This document shows, piece after piece, positions 39,068-52,589 of a stretch of 64,000 nucleotides of DNA. The DNA lies in the NCBI GenBank assembly GCA_951406725.2, contig OX597827.1, positions 5,642,001 through 5,706,000 of the forward strand, in the 5' to 3' direction. A program made the translations under genes and the position numbers. Positions within the stretch are counted from its first letter, which is position 1. Each line of letters starts with the position of its first letter. Below the pieces are notes generated by a model that had not been told where the DNA came from, ran no database searches, and was given only the letters and a program-made list of their open reading frames with translations. This DNA comes from Octopus vulgaris (taxonomy: Eukaryota).

Positions 39068-39370
39068 GTCTATTTATTTATTCTAAAACATTTATGAGAA
39101 TATATACATTTGTAAAGACTGTGTATTACATACATACATACCAGTAATTCGTGGAATAGAAAAAGAACAGAACAAGAGAGAGAAAGAGAAGAGAGAAAGT
39201 GTTTCAAATGGGCAGCACTGATACATGCACACATACATACACTCACACTCATACAAATGTGTTTATTCTTTTTCTATTCCGTGAATTACTGGTACGTATG
39301 TATGTAATACACAGTCTTTACATATGTATATATTCTCATAAATGTTTTAGAATAAATAAATAAATAGACA
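39067..39370. repeat. Near-perfect palindrome/MITE-like element with ~100-bp arms
   Basis: 39067-39167 is the reverse complement of 39266-39370, with few differences. Confidence 0.9.
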
Positions 39371-39429
39371 TAATATAATGTCTAACAGCTGATGTATACT
39401 ATTTCTGTATACCCTCCATCTTCTTCTTG

Positions 39430-39431
39430 CC

Positions 39432-39491
<60 letters not shown>

Positions 39492-39494
39492 GCC

Positions 39495-39531
<37 letters not shown>

Positions 39532-39553
39532 GTCTGTCTGTCTGTCTGTCTGT

Positions 39554-39585
<32 letters not shown>

Positions 39586-39616
39586 ATATTTATCTATCTA
39601 TCTATCTATCTATCTA

Positions 39617-39668
<52 letters not shown>

Positions 39669-39675
39669 TCTATCT
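39430..39675. repeat. (TCTA)n/(TCTG)n tetranucleotide array
   Basis: Seen directly; similar arrays at 7545-7725 and 37430-37580. Confidence 0.95.
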
Positions 39676-40918
39676 AACATATATACATACACACACACAC
39701 ATTTGCACTTGCAATGGCAATACAAAAATACTCAATACCTGTGGTAGAGTATATTAATCTATCCAAAGCTGAGGCCTCACTCCACTACTGTTCTGAGTTT
39801 ATCATTTCCCTTTTTCATGCCTAAAGTAGTTTTGGAAAGTTGTACATTAAAGCATTGTTGAAAAGTCACATGTCAAAGGTCATTTAGTAACAGTCTCACT
39901 TCTGTTGCAAACCTCTATGTGGTCATTAGATATGCTTGAAATATCAGTCAAATCTCTTTCAGATCACACGTAAATGAAATAAAGGACACATCAGATTAAG
40001 TAATCTTGCTTACATAAAAAGTAGAGATTGCCAAGTTTGGACCATCTCTGATCATAGTTCTACTTAAAGAAAATTAATCTGATACCAAACAACAAGAATG
40101 ACAGCAACAACAATGTCTTTGACTTCAGAACACATAAATATCCCTACTCTTTAAAAATAAGGAATAAAGAAACTTCAAAACTGACCTCATCGATATCATA
40201 TAAAAGGGTAAAAAAATTTTAAATATGCAAATGACTTCCAAAATCATCAAGAGATCAGAAACTTAGCTAAATTTTTCCCTACTGAGTTCAATTTGTTCTA
40301 CCAAAATCTTTCAAGGTAGTGCCCCAGCATGGCCACAGTGCAATGATGAAACAAGAAAAAGGTAAATGATGAAAGATTAGTCATGTGCAAGTCTTACATA
40401 ACTTTGAAGGACCATAAGGAATTTACACAGATCATAAATGTAGACTTACAAACAACACAATCTCTTTTAATATAGAATTCTACCCACCTATCTCAAAGCA
40501 CCTCTTCCAAACAGATGTTGGTGTCATAATGTAGGCTACGTAATTTCTTTCTTTTGATGGTTTCTTCTGGGTGAAAAAAAAAAGGATAATTTAAGGGATA
40601 CTTTATGCTCTCATAAGCAACTAAGATGAAGTTAAATATGTGACTGGATTGGGTTGTAGAACAAAGCAATTTCAATTCCCTAAACATAATTATCTTTTAG
40701 GATGACTGACTGGCAACATCCTGCCATATAAATGGCCACCATCCAAACAAATTTAGGAAGAATTTGATAGAAACTTTTAGAAAAAAATTGAATATTGCAT
40801 AATGGAGCCATGTTAACCTTGTTTCCTTTAACAGTACAATATCTACACAAAGAACATATCTAATATCTTTCTAAACACAAATAACAGACAACCAGAAATT
40901 TCAAATTCACTACATATA

Positions 40919-41133
40919 TGAGGGGCTGTTGAAAAGTTCCTGGCTTTAAGGATATCAAGAAAGGCCTTGTTGGGAGCCAAACCTTCCCAGGTCTTTTACT
41001 GGGCTTTGAAAACCTGAAGGATCACTGCAATAAGTGTGTGAATCTGAGAGGGAAATATGTTGAATAAAATCATAATTAACTGGTCCTCTTGTACTTTCTT
41101 TTACCTAAAGCCAGGAACTTTTCAACGACCCAT
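40919..41133 (+). mobile_element. Mariner-derived MITE with both TIRs
   Basis: TGAGGGGCTGTTGAAAAGTTCCTGGCTTTA...TAAAGCCAGGAACTTTTCAACGACCCATCA; retains the KCVNLRGKYVE* remnant. Confidence 0.85.
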
Positions 41134-41734
41134 CACTTACATCTGGCCTGCTTGTGTCCATAACAAAACAAAAACTAGTCTTTCTTTTCCTGGCCAGAAA
41201 ACACATCAGCTCTCAACACTTATTCACCCAATAAAATGCCATACATGTTGCTCAGAATTACAATCATATACTCAGCTGTCTTCAGTATGTGGAACATAAT
41301 CCAACTAAATATATTATTTATCTTTAAGTAATCTTAAATTATCCTTTAAAATATTTCGTAAAATATGCAAAATTTATATTGATAATGGCGGTGCCCCAGC
41401 ATGGCCACAGCTCGTGAGCTGAAACTAGATAAAAAAAAAATGATAATAGCAGGCATCGATTTATTTTTAGCTACATCTGAAGTTAAATCTTCTTGGTTAC
41501 ATTTGATATTTTCATTCAATCAAAGATCATAACATTATGCCATCCAAGTGGTCCCCACCACTCTACAGCAATTGCACAGAGAAAGAAAATGTCTTGAAAC
41601 ATCTGGAAGAACTCACTCATTTTTACCAACTTGTCAGCTTTTCTTGCTAATGCAACTCTTATTTTATAAAAGATGCCTTTAGGTATTGCACAATCTGTAA
41701 ACTTCCCCATACCAAACTGCTGCTATTCACTTAA

Positions 41735-41932
41735 CCCTTAAGCATTTAAACTGACCATATCTGGCCAAAATATTCTACCCATTTTATGTTCAAGCTGGCC
41801 ATATCCTGCCTTTCGGGCCTACCCTACAATATCATCATCAAGATTTCAACGCTACAAGATAATGCATGATTAACCCCAAACAATCTGCATAAATGAGTAT
41901 TATTTTTCACAGAGAAATCTGAATGCTTAAAG
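41735..41932. mobile_element. piggyBac-type TTAA MITE
   Basis: TTAA|CCCTTAAGCATT...AATGCTTAAAGG|TTAA. Confidence 0.8.
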
Positions 41933-42516
41933 GTTAAAAGTCATTTGCCAACCAGACTCCTAGGAACTTTAAAGCATCCTCTTACTCACATGGCCAAGCT
42001 CTTCAAGCTTTATCTCTCTTTTAGCATTTGTGTATTTCATTCCTTAGAAAAAGCAACTTCTGCAGCCCTGCCAACTATTGGCCTATTCTTCACATTTGCA
42101 AAAATTGTTAGGTACAGTGTTTAACAATCACTTTCTCTAACATGTTGAATCTTCTTCCACTAAACAGCTTCTGTTCTGCTAGATCACTGCAACGTCACCC
42201 ACTTGCTCTTGAAGTAAAGATTTGATCATATCTGACATGAGAATCTCCTACCAAAGTTTCTGCCTAAGGATTTCATTAATCATCTTCTAGATTAGAAGCT
42301 ACTTTTCTGACCACAGTATTGCAGTGTGTACTGATTTTGGCATTTGTGCCACACATCCAGTTCTGGTTTGCACAAAGGTGCAGTTATATTCTCCACAGAT
42401 TTCATCCTGCATATAAATGGCAAGCTTTCTCTCATCTCTAACAATGCTCACTTATATCCAGATAAGACCATTCTTCACTCATCTCTAATATCACATCAAA
42501 TAATGACAGTCTAAAC

Positions 42517-42811
42517 CCACATGTCAAACCTTCATTGCCTACATAAACAAAAACCTTACAAACATTCTCCAATGTTTTAGTATTAAGGGAGAACTCTTGT
42601 ACCTACCACTCCCTAATTTTGAACAATGCATACAGCTGAAATACTTAAGTTAGCTATAAATCCTTTGGACTATAGGCACAAAGCCCAACATTTTGGGGGA
42701 GCGAATACTCGATTACATTGACTCCAGTACTCAACTGATACCCTTTCTGTCAACCCCAAAAAGATAAAAGGCAAAGCCGACCTTGGTGGAATCTGAACTC
42801 AGAATGTGAAG
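42517..42811 (+). repeat. 295-bp local direct duplication (second copy 47574-47868)
   Basis: Shared non-SINE flank plus part of SINE B; constant offset of 5057 bp. Confidence 0.92.
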
Positions 42812-44339
42812 CATTTTGCCTGGCATGCTAACAATTCTGTGAGCTTGAGTTGATATTGTTACTAAACCTCCTGATCTATGATGATCTTTTACAGCAATCT
42901 CAGATTCACAACAGTAAAAACTTTATCTCAGATGTTAACATTCCTCTTCAGGATTGGAAAATACTTTAGCTCTAAGCAATTGTTGATTTTCCAAAAAGCT
43001 CAAGAAAGTTCCCCAATTGAAATTAGCTCCACATTTCTGCTGCTGCAGAACAAACATCATAAAACTCATGAAAAGAAAGTCATCTGATTAGCAAAGACCG
43101 ACTCAACAACACACTACAACCTCTACTCACTGATGCACTGTCTCCTCATTTGCTATTCTGTGGCTTCTACAATTTCCTCTGCTTCCCTGAACTAGTTACA
43201 TACCATGTTTATCTAAATCCACTTGACACTCCCCTCTTTCCAAACTGTTTCACTCCCTCATTCTTGTTCTATCCATCATTCCCTCATCAACCTTCTTAAA
43301 TCTATTTTCTCTGACCAAATTTCCAGCAGATGTCAACTTAATTATTAATTATATATCAAAATTATAAAATTCTACTTGTATGTTACGAAGCACCTCCTCT
43401 GGATGACTCATTGGTTATGGGTTCTCAAAGGTTCAATCACTGGTTCACTGCATTTCAGACAGTGCAAGTGATAAGGGAATATCTGTTACTCATATCAGAG
43501 CAAATATCGCAGAGGACTTTGAAGAGCACCAGTTCTGTTTTGGGTTTTTTAAATAGTTTTCTTGCTATTGCTTACAAATTCATAGATATATACAAATGGT
43601 TCCTGATCTTTTTATCTTTAACAAATTTCATGCAAAACGTACTGGCCAATCCAATGCTCTGGAAGAACACACATTCCTCAAATACCAGACAATGGGATTG
43701 AACCAGGATGCTGTTGTGGTTGCAAAGCAAACTCTTAAACACATAGCCATGCCTGCATCCAGAAGTACATGGGCACGTCTATGTCATCTTGACTAAACTA
43801 CAAAAGGATACCAATGTCATTCTCTCACTAGGTGTGTCATCAAGTTTGGAGGCTTTGATAGTGCCACTAGGAAAGACAGTCAAGCTAATCTTATGGAATT
43901 AAACCTTTCATGTTCCAACTTTTTAACTCATATAGAATTTAAGTCTTGTGTGATTTAAAGCATGTGGTTGCAAAGAAAATGATGTGTTGATGAATAATAT
44001 GATACTTGAGATGATATTTACAATGAAAATATTCTACTTTATAATGAACGTTCATAGAGTGGTTTAATATAACTTCAAGAATCTGGAAAAAATGTTCACG
44101 GTATAAATACGAAACTTTTGTTATATTGTTTGATGCATCTCTTCAGTCTGTTTTCAATGAACAAGAAGAGCACTTGACTTTCTCTTTTTCAGATTGATAA
44201 CAAAAAGAAAAAAAAATAGCAAGATAACCAGTGATTTAATGAATGAATATACAAATATGACCAAATATTCTTTCATCTCTGTTGATGCCAAAAGCATAGA
44301 GATATAATAAATGTAATGAAATAAAATAAAATAAAAGTC

Positions 44340-46658
44340 TTATTTCTCAAAAATTTTATTTTAATGAATAATTTTCTTGAAATAATTTCTTCCATACTTA
44401 AACTTGTATAATGATTCTATGTAAATGTACAAAGGATAAATAAATACTGCATAGCAAATATAGATACATTTTGTGCAATTTGTATTGTACATGAACATAG
44501 ATAAACAGTTTGCAAAGGTAGGAACTTAAAACTGAACCCAAATGAATGGAAATAAAAAAATACTAATAACTAATAAATAACAAACAGGGAAAAAAATACA
44601 ACACAAGCTTTATAGACTGACAACATATTTGGAAACTTTTACAGACAGCATGGCAAATTCGATGGAGAAGATATGTTTATATAAATATATATATACAGAG
44701 CAAGAAAATTATAAATATATACAAAAAAAAATCACTTGAAATAAGAAAACAAGAAGAAATTAAAAGAACTTTTCAAAAGAGAAGAAAATGTCTGAGAAAT
44801 CTTATGGGGTTGAGATAGATTTATAAGGAATATCCTGTTGGAGTTGAGTCCTGTGTCAGTGTTAGGTAACTAAGTGTGCTTGCAATCTGCTGGGAAATCT
44901 AGCAGTAAATGGAAATCTGTGTTTTTCAATTTGATTTTGCTTTACATTGAATAAAAAAATGTTCAACTATGATTCTCCATGTTAGCACTGGACGGGTTTG
45001 CAAATTCAGACATTGGCATAAGTAATTTGAGCTGGATGTTTTATAAGTGGATGGTTTGTCTCTCTCCAACCATTCTTCCATGAGACGTAAATAATATAAT
45101 GCAGTGTTTTCTTTTTTCTATTCTGTTTTTCTTTTTCAGCTAGACTAACTCTAATAAACAAATAGTTCTGGCAGGGTTTGATAATAAAAGGTAAAATTTA
45201 AACTTATCAGCGGACTTATCTCTCTTTACTTCTTTGTAGCAAACAAGTAAATGTTCTTAATTATACCAATCAATGAATTATTAGAACAATGGTTTGGGGA
45301 TCATAATGACAAAAGATTTTGATGTAGATGATATTGTTTAAACAAATAATTTAATCAGACATAACTACTCTCTGAACATTTGCCCTCTTTTCTTTACGCT
45401 AACAATTGTGGCAAAACATATAAAATATATTGTAAACAAATTGTTTGTTGGGTTGATTGTCAAATGAACTGAATGTTTGTTGATTGTTTTTAATTCATGA
45501 GTTTATTTGTAATTTTATCAATTTTTGTTGGGTAGGACAGGTTTGGTTGTTTAATAAATATATTATTGGTTTCATTATTATTTGCTCTGGTTCTGAATAT
45601 TATTTCAAATACCCATGAAGAGCCATAGGTTTGGTTTAATTCAAACAAAAGATTCATGAAGTCTTTCTTTCAGTGGGATTTTTTCATATGCAAAACATAT
45701 GAACCTATCTTTAACAGCTTTCATATAAATTAAATGATTTGATGTTAAAATTTTCTTTCCTTTATCACTTCAACAAAGGAAAAGTTTCAAAAAAATCTAA
45801 TGCCTATTGAAACACAGAGATTTATCAAAACCACTAAAAACCTACTGAGATATACAGCCTCTTTGCTCTTGAAGCTATTTTCATCTAGCTATTTAACTTT
45901 ACAATAATACTAAATCAGCAAATGACTAACACTATTTCATCAGTCCATGACAACAAGCTTTGAACACTTTTGTGACAAATAAATCTAGAGGCATATGCTT
46001 CATATTATTCTGATAAAATAAATATTGTGTACAGACAAAATATCTGCCTAGCAACGAGATTTAAAAGCCTTGAGTAACCTTGTCACTAATATTTACAACC
46101 ACAATATCTCTTTAGCCACCCAAATAATACACACGTATTAAGAACCACTTTTTTTGTTTTTACTACCAGTTATTGTAAATATATTATTCTGCTTGTCACA
46201 GGTATATTGATGCTATGTTCCAGGTACACTATTACCATTATGGCTAGCATCACAGATGCATTCACCTGTATGTATTCCTTTCTTCTCAACTTACATGTTA
46301 CGTTTAATTACCTGTGTATTTTTCAGGTAAGGTAGACATTTTACTCTATCTAAAGAGAAAGTGTCTCCATTGATTCCAGGTGAGTAATTTATTAATTACA
46401 GCAAAATGCATTTGAGATTTTAGATCAATAACACCATAACCAAAAACCTGCCAAACACCTGCTTGATGACAACATTCACAAGGGATATTATTTTTTTTTT
46501 TTTTTCCTCATATTTGTTTCTTTTTTTTTTTTTTCATACTTTTCTGGAAAGAAAGGGATGATGTCATAGCCATTTGGCATGGGTAGGGAAATTGTTGGCC
46601 AAGCTTAGGTTCTCCTACCTGTATTCTGGAACTGTGACTTCTTCAATAATTCTGAGGT
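44340..46658 (-). other. Possible terminal exon and ~2.3-kb 3' UTR of an unidentified minus-strand host gene
   Basis: Acceptor TTTTGTATTTTCAG|ACC at 46659-46660 with short open frames (TSELLKKSQFQNTGRRT* or LRIIEEVTVPEYR*). Repeat-free tract, AATAAA at 44360-44355, then a U-rich downstream element. Confidence 0.35.
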
Positions 46659-46759
46659 CTGAAAATACAAAAATACAAATAAATACATCAATTTAGATCA
46701 TAAAGATAATTTTCACACTGTTCGAAACATTTCATTTATTTACGTTTTTTTATTCTTTT

Positions 46760-47208
46760 ATTCTTTTCCTCTTTTACTTGTTTCACTCATTAGACTGCAA
46801 CCATGCTGGGACAATGCTTTGAAGGGTTTAGTCGAACAAATTAACCACAGTACTTGTTTTTCTTTTAAGCTTCATACTTATTCTGTCAGTTTCTTTTTGT
46901 CAAACTGCTAAGTTACAGAGACATAAACAAACCAACACCGATTGTCAAGGCACATTTGCATATTAACACACACACACACGCACGCACATGTATGTATGTA
47001 TGTATGTATGTAAGTATGTAAGTATGTGTACATATACATATATATGATAGGTTTCTTTCAATTTTTGTCTGCCAAATCCATTCACAAGGCTTTAGTTAGT
47101 CCAGAGCTATAGCAGAAGACCCTCGCCCAAGATGCCCTGCAGTGGGATTGAACCTGGAACCATGTGGTTAGGAAGCAAGCTTCTTACCACACATCTACAC
47201 CTGTACCT
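46760..47208 (-). mobile_element. Older SINE family A copy
   Basis: Diverged family A tail, core and head. Confidence 0.75.
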
Positions 47209-48270
47209 ATATTTACATATCTATCCAATTAGACATTCAGCATCACATGTGAATTAATCCAAACTAATTAATGGTGCTATGGTTATATTTTTGTCAAATG
47301 CTACACGGTTCCAAAAATGCTGATCATGATTGTGAAGCTTATTACATTACTAAGTGCAATGTAAATAAGTATCTTATCCTTTTAGCATTCAAATTTCTTT
47401 GATTATTGCTTATTCATTCACATTGTTTTTAATTAACCAGGCATTATCTCGCAGCCTCAGTATTGCAAAAATGTGATTGTATACTTTTAGAATGACATAG
47501 TAGGGTGGGTATGAGAAGTTGGATCTGGCCAGTTTCAACATTAAATAAGGTAGAATATTTTGGCCGGATATGGCCACATGTCAAACCTTCATTGCCTACA
47601 TAAACAAAAGCCTTGAAAACATTCTCCAATGTTTTAGTATTAAGGAAGAACTCTTGTACCTACCACTCCCTAATTTTGAACAATGTATACAGCTGAAATA
47701 CTTAAGTTAGCTATAAATCCTTTGGACTATAGGCACAAGGCCTGAAATTTTGGGGGAGCGAATACTCGATTACATTGACTCCAGTACTCAACTGATACCC
47801 TTTCTGTCAACCCCAAAAGGATAAAAGGCAAAGCTGACCTTGGCGGAATTTGAACTCAGAATGTGAAGACAGACGAAATGCCACTAGAATAATAAAGAGC
47901 TAAACATCCAGATTTATCGCCTGCATGCTTTATTCTTTTGATCTTTAATTGTTTGTCATTGAACTGAGGCCATGCCAGGGCATTGCCTTGAAGGGTTTAG
48001 TTGAACTAATCAACCCCAGTATAATTTCAAGCCTGGCATTTATTCTATTAATCATTTTTGCTGAACTGATATGTTACAGAGATGTAAATGAACCAACACC
48101 AGTTGTCAAGCAGTGGTGAAATGAAAACAAAGACACACACACACACAACACACACACAATGGGTTTTTACATAGTTTCCATCTACCCAAATTCACTCACA
48201 AGGCATTGGTCAACCCAGAGATATAGTTGTCTTTGAGTTGCCTTTGTAATATTCAACCAATTAAAAAGAG

Positions 48271-48677
48271 TATCAGTTCATTAAGAATGAAATGTCCAAT
48301 TTTCTTAAACACCAAGTTTGACAGTCGTTAACTCTAATGTTTTATCCTGACAATTCTTTATTTTACAGCATTGAAGAGTTACATAATCACTTTTCAAAAT
48401 GCAATTTATGGTGTCTGATTATAGTGAGAGTTTCCTTTTGTAAATCAATTTTTGTGAACCCATGGATAGATAAAAAATTCGTGTTGTTTATGAATATGAG
48501 TTCCTTCATGGAGCAAATGCATCCCAGACAGCTCGAAACATCAAGAGGTGTTTGGTGAAGATGTGGCGAATGAGTACACTGTACAACGATGGTTTGAGAA
48601 GTTCTTGTCTGGCAACTTTACTCTTGAAAATCAGCGCCATGGTAGACCTGAGAGCAAGGTGGATAATGAGGAGTTGG
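48271..48677 (+). mobile_element. Mariner 5' half relic, interrupted by RTE 3' UTR fragment (48677-48990, minus)
   Basis: KIRVVYEYEFLHGANASQTARNI / VFGEDVANEYTVQRWFEKFLSGNFTLENQRHGRPESKVDNEEL. Confidence 0.8.
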
Positions 48678-49469
48678 ATGGTTTGACTAAAAACTGGTAA
48701 GCCCGAGAGCTGCACCAGGTTCCAATCAGATTTGGCATGGTTTTTACAGCTGGATGCCCTTCCTAATGCCAACCACTCCAAGTGCTTTTTATGTGCCACC
48801 AACACAGGTGCCATTGACATGACACTGGCATCATCCACGACCATAACCTCACCTGGCTTGATTAGGTCTTCTCAAGCAAGGTGTATTACGAAAGGTGTCA
48901 GTCACCTGTCACTGTTTCCATGAGGCCCAATGCACAAATGGTGCTTTTTACATGTCATCAACACAGATACCAGTCAGATGGCACTGGCATCCCATCTTAA
49001 ATGTAGATGTTCTATTAGAATAAATGAACACCCATGTTTAAGTGGGGATAAGCAAAGAGATTAATATTCAAGAATTTCAGCGGTGGTGCCCCAGCATGGC
49101 TGCGGCCTTCGGGCTAAACCATTTTAAGGATTTAAGGATTTAATTGAAAATATTACTATGAATTAGAAGTACCATTGCTATTTGTCATTTCTATATTATC
49201 TGATAAAACTGAAAACCAATTATTTATATTATTAGGGTTATCAACAAAAGTAGTTTAATTTTAATCAAAATATAAGAATTTTTTAAATAAATTTCTATTA
49301 TGGTTCATTTTCAGTTTCTTCAATTATCAGCCTATTTTTATTTTTTTTATATTTTCAATGAAAATTTTAATTTTATTACATATATAACATGTATGTATAT
49401 GATACATATATAACACAAAACCACATTAAAATACAAAACCAAAACTGAAGATGATATAAACATTATAGA

Positions 49470-49906
49470 CATAGGAGTGGCTGTGTGGTAAGTTATAGGT
49501 GTAGGAGTGGCTGTGTGGTAAGTAGCTTGCTTATGAACCACATGATTCCAGGTTGAGTCCCACTGCATGGCACCTTGGGCAAGTGTCTTCTACTATAGCC
49601 TTGGGCCGACCAAAGCCTTGTGAGTGAATTTGGTAGATGGAAACTGAAAGAAGCCCATCGTATATATGTTTATATATGTGTATGTATGTGTGTATGTTTG
49701 TGTGTCTGTGTTTGTCCCCCCAACATCGCTTGACAACCGATGCTGGTGTGTTTACATCCCTGTAACTTAATGGTTCGGCAAAAGAGACCGATAGAATAAG
49801 TACTAGGCTTACAAAGAATAAGTCCTGGGGGCGATTTGCTAGATTAAAGGTGGTGCTCAAGCATGGCCACAGTCAAGTGACTGAAACAAGTAAAAGAGTA
49901 AAAGAG
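49470..49906 (+). mobile_element. SINE family A, full length, with duplicated 5' tip
   Basis: TAGGAGTGGCTGTGTGGTAAGT occurs twice (~49472 and ~49502); (TAAAAGAG)n tail. Confidence 0.87.
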
Positions 49907-50569
49907 TATGAGCAAAGAAAGTAAAAAAGAAGAGAAAAGAGGAAAAAGAGGGAAAAAAAAAGAAAAAGAAACAGAAAACATCAATTCAGCCCCAAGTGCC
50001 TCGTTTGGTCACAGAGCGCAAGATTCAAAGGAACTAAACTGAAGCAAGCCAGCATGATTGCAGCATTACTATGGATGATGGTGACGCTAAGGCACTGAAA
50101 CTAAGACGAGCTGGCAGAATTCATTATGTGTGTGAGTGTGTGTGTGTGTGTGTCTGTATTTGTCCCTCTCCTGCCACTTCACAACGAGTGTTGGCTTGTT
50201 TACATTCCGGTAACTTAGCATTTTGGCAAAAGAGACCTGTAGGATAAGTACCAGATTTTAGTAAAACATAGGCTCTGAGGATGATTTGTTTTGAATAAAA
50301 CCCTTCAAGGTGATGTCCATCATAGTCACAGCCCAATAACTAAAGCAAGTAAAATTTAAAGTTATTCTCTCTTCTAAAAGGGACAATGTGGTTTAAAATA
50401 GTAGCACGCAGCTAAATATACACACATACACATGCACAGACATACACACATGCACACTCACACATTATTAAAAGACAACAGTAATGAGCTGTTAGAATGA
50501 AAGAGGTGGTTGTTTACAGAGAAAGTGTATGGCATAGCAACTACTAAGGGAGATAATTATATTTTCATG

Positions 50570-50872
50570 CGTGGCACGTAAAAAGCACCATCCGAATGTG
50601 GCCATTGCCAGCGCCGCCCTGACTGGCCTCGTGCCGGTGACACGTAAAAAGCACCATCCAATCGTGGCCATTTGCCAGACTCGTCTGGCACCTACGTAAA
50701 AAGCACCCACTACACTCATGGAATGGTTGGCGTTAGGAAGGGCATCCATCCGTAGAAACATTGCCAGATCAGACTGGGCCTGGTGCAGCCTTCTGGCTTC
50801 CCAGACCCCAGTTGAACTGTCCAACCCATGCTAGCATGGAAAGCGGACGCTAAACGATGATGATGATGATGA
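50570..50872 (+). mobile_element. RTE 3' UTR fragment with (GAT)n tail
   Basis: Matches 4030-4208 plus diverged repeat units. Confidence 0.85.
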
Positions 50873-51633
50873 CATCATGAAGTTGTGAAAAATGGAGTTG
50901 TTAAAAAAAGTGGTTGATTGGTAAGAAGCTTGCTCACCAACCACATGGTTTCGGGTTCAGTAGATGGTGCCCCAGCATGGTCACAGTCAAAACACGGAAA
51001 TAAGTTGAAGCGTCCGATAAGGTTTACTGTATATATTTTTAATGCTTTAGTATTTACTAATTTTAAATTTTGGTTCCTTTTTCCTATGAAAAATTGTTTG
51101 GCAGAGTGAAATGCTGCAAGAACTTAAACTCTGGAATTAAAACCTATTAAAAGGGTCATCAAAGATACTCTGTGACTTAGCCCTGGCCGATCCTTCAATT
51201 TCTAAATCTCTAATGTTGAATTTAGTTAAAAGCGTGGTTAGTTTATAACTTCATAAATACAGCTTTGCAGTGTTAAGCTCCTTTTAAGAATTAATCCATT
51301 GATTTCAATCAATATAGAGATCATTGCCTAAATGCTTGTCATCATAACAGATGTTGTGATAAGAACCAGTTTTCCATCAATATGCAGCAATGATTTTAGC
51401 CAGCCACTCTTCTATGCTCCCATCTCAAATCAAATGGACAATAATGGTCACAAATACATGAAATGCAAAATCGGTAATCCCTCACCACCAATACGATTCA
51501 CAGTAAAAAAAGAAGCAATGATAATCCTTTAGATAATAAACTTAGATAAACTTAGATGGGTTTCTGTCAGTCTTAACCTGGGCTATGTCTAATTTAAAAG
51601 CAGTACATAGCAAAGTCACTATGCTCAATCCCA

Positions 51634-52056
51634 TTTACTCTTTTTACTCTTTTACTTGTTTCAGTCAGTTGACTGCGGCCATGCTGGAGCACCGCCTTTA
51701 ATTGAGCAACTCGACCCCGGGACTTATTCTTTTGTAAGCCCAGTACTTATTCTATCGGTCTCTTTTGCCGAACCGCTAAGTGACGGGGACATAAACACAC
51801 CAGCATTGGTTGTCAAGCAATGCTAGGGGGACAAACACATACACACAAACATATACACAAACACACACACACATATATATATACATATATACGACGGGCT
51901 TCTTTCAGTTTCCGTCTACCAAATCCATTCACAAGGCATTGGTCAGCCCGGGGCTATAGCAGAAGACACTTGCCCAAGATGCCACGCAGTGGGACTGAAC
52001 CCGGAACCATGTGGTTGGTAAGCAAAGTACTTACCACACAGCCACTCCTGCACCTA
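51634..52056 (-). mobile_element. SINE family A, full length
   Basis: Family A consensus sequence. Confidence 0.88.
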
Positions 52057-52513
52057 TTGGGAAACCATATCTCAGTTGAACAGTGGGGTGGGTGAGTGGA
52101 AGTTAAGGCTTTTGTTTGTTTGTATTATGTGCGTTTTATGTCTGTTTACCAGTGCTGGCATGGGTTAAGTGAATACATACAGTCAAGGCATTGTCTTACA
52201 GCTGGATGTCCTTTCTATTCCTAAGATTTTATTGGTTTTCGAGGTTTTTTTCATTCTTTTCTCCCTTTTTCACTTGTTTTTAAAAGAGGATTTGTTGACA
52301 AAGACAACAAACAATTTATTTGTAGCTTAGTGTTTTTTTTTCGCTGTGAAAACACAAAATATAAGCACACGTACACTGTGTGTGTGTGTGTATGTGTGTG
52401 TGTACTTGCATATAAATTGTACTGACGCCTGTCATACATACATACATACATACATGCACGCATACATATATGTATACATGTATATACACATACACATATA
52501 TTATATATATATA

Positions 52514-52580
<67 letters not shown>

Positions 52581-52589
52581 TTATATATA

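Noticed and set aside
41450-42500. Possible RLE-type LINE relic on the minus strand (CAIAVEWWGPLGW)
   Set aside because: Too degenerate to support by eye; needs tBLASTn/HMM.
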